64,000 nucleotides of DNA from Alphaproteobacteria bacterium (lineage in GTDB: Bacteria > Pseudomonadota > Alphaproteobacteria > JBFXJJ01), in NCBI GenBank assembly GCA_050175015.1, contig JBFXJJ010000006.1, positions 32,001-96,000 on the forward strand. The letters are read 5' to 3'. The notes below the pieces were generated by a model that was not told the origin of the DNA, did no database searches, and worked only from the letters and a program-made list of their open reading frames with translations. Numbering within the stretch: the first letter of the stretch is position 1; each line of letters starts with the position of its first letter. Of this stretch, positions 62,970-64,000 are shown in pieces. The position numbers and the translations under genes were made by a program.

Positions 62970-64000
62970 TTACCCTAACTCCGCAATAACTTGATTGGCA
63001 AAACTAAAAATTACAGCAAAAATTTTAGTTTGAAAAACAGCAAGAATAATGGTTGCTGCAATTAATGATAAAAAAGTTAGATAGTCTTTTTTATATCCTA
63101 TTTTGCTATTAGCAATATTGCGATTTTTTGCAAGCACGCTGATTGACGAGAAGAAAATAGCAACAACCGCAATTATCATAAAAACAATATCTTTCTTCAT
63201 TAGCTCTGAAATCATTATAATAAAACCAGAGAATACCGCAAAAGGAGGAAAAACAATAATTACAGGCAAAATTAAAAATTTTAAAACATCTAATATGCTT
63301 TTTTCATTATCCAAGATTTCCTCAAATTCAAATTGCAGCATCATCAAGGGAAAACAAAAAGCAATAAAGATAAAAATTACCGATGCCATCAAAAGTGCAT
63401 CAAATGAAAACAATCCGATTGTAACTATTCCCAAATAAATTCCAAAAAGATAGCTTAAAAATCTAAACGTATTCCGCTCTAAAACAACACATATAGAGCA
63501 ATATACCGTAGTAATAGAAGCCATAATTACTATAATATTGCCATATTCAACACAAACTTTAGGCAACAGCGGCATCACAAAGTGCAAAACCACATAAACA
63601 AAGCTCATAATTTGACAAGTAAGGAAAAATGATGCCACAGGAGCCTCTAGTTTCCTTAAAAAACCAGCCAGCCAAAAATGATTAGGAACAAAGCCTAGTC
63701 TCAAAAATAGCGAAGCTGCTATTAAAATAAACGTCAGCCTATTTATGTTACAATCTCCTGTTTCCTTATTAAAAAGGTAGCAGACAACCGCCGTTAAAAA
63801 TAAAAAAGAAGATAACAATAAATTAAGAACAGGCCACTTTTCTTTGGTGTTGTCCTCTTCTTCCATATTTATTCGACTTATAAAAATGAAAGGAATTGGA
63901 AGTATGAAGAAAAACACATTAAAAAGCATAATATTCAAAGATGAAAACATACCGTTACCAATGGCTGTGGCCAAAAGTATACTAACAATATATTCTTTGT
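62970..64000 (-). CDS. nuoM: NADH-quinone oxidoreductase subunit M-like (highly divergent; 5' end off window)
   Basis: Frame open to the window edge: KEYIVSILL...G.F..L...LF.VFF....IP aligns with NuoM TM4-5; P.H.WL; directly upstream of nuoN. Confidence 0.7.
   Translation of the reverse strand, partial: KEYIVSILLATAIGNGMFSSLNIMLFNVFFFILPIPFIFISRINMEEEDNTKEKWPVLNLLLSSFLFLTAVVCYLFNKETGDCNINRLTFILIAASLFLRLGFVPNHFWLAGFLRKLEAPVASFFLTCQIMSFVYVVLHFVMPLLPKVCVEYGNIIVIMASITTVYCSICVVLERNTFRFLSYLFGIYLGIVTIGLFSFDALLMASVIFIFIAFCFPLMMLQFEFEEILDNEKSILDVLKFLILPVIIVFPPFAVFSGFIIMISELMKKDIVFMIIAVVAIFFSSISVLAKNRNIANSKIGYKKDYLTFLSLIAATIILAVFQTKIFAVIFSFANQVIAELG

Overview
Mostly core chromosome of a low-GC alphaproteobacterium, probably Rhodospirillales-like and anaerobic (inferred from gene order and content). 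Housekeeping blocks: thrS-infC-rpmI-rplT-pheS-pheT; rpmF-plsX-fabH-ihfA-MerR-tRNA-Pro; clpS-clpA-dac-mipZ; glmU-glmS; glgC; nuoM-nuoN-birA-rnj-proS-lolE-lolD-dnaE. Unusual points: (1) [FeFe]-hydrogenase maturation genes (hydE divergent from TM1266-aspA-hydF, no hydG in the window), with a palindromic operator and a switchable structured leader, next to a rhodanese and tandem CPHC-thioredoxin/CcdA genes. (2) NuoM and NuoN have lost conserved charged residues of the proton-pumping axis. (3) A 5'-truncated GLUG/Cys-rich ORF abuts an att-like region of IHF sites and direct repeats. (4) An intact promoter, Thr-rich leader peptide and attenuator precede a truncated second thrS in a small island after tRNA-Glu. 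(5) An orphan sigma54-driven flgE. All family assignments come from motif recognition, not database searches.
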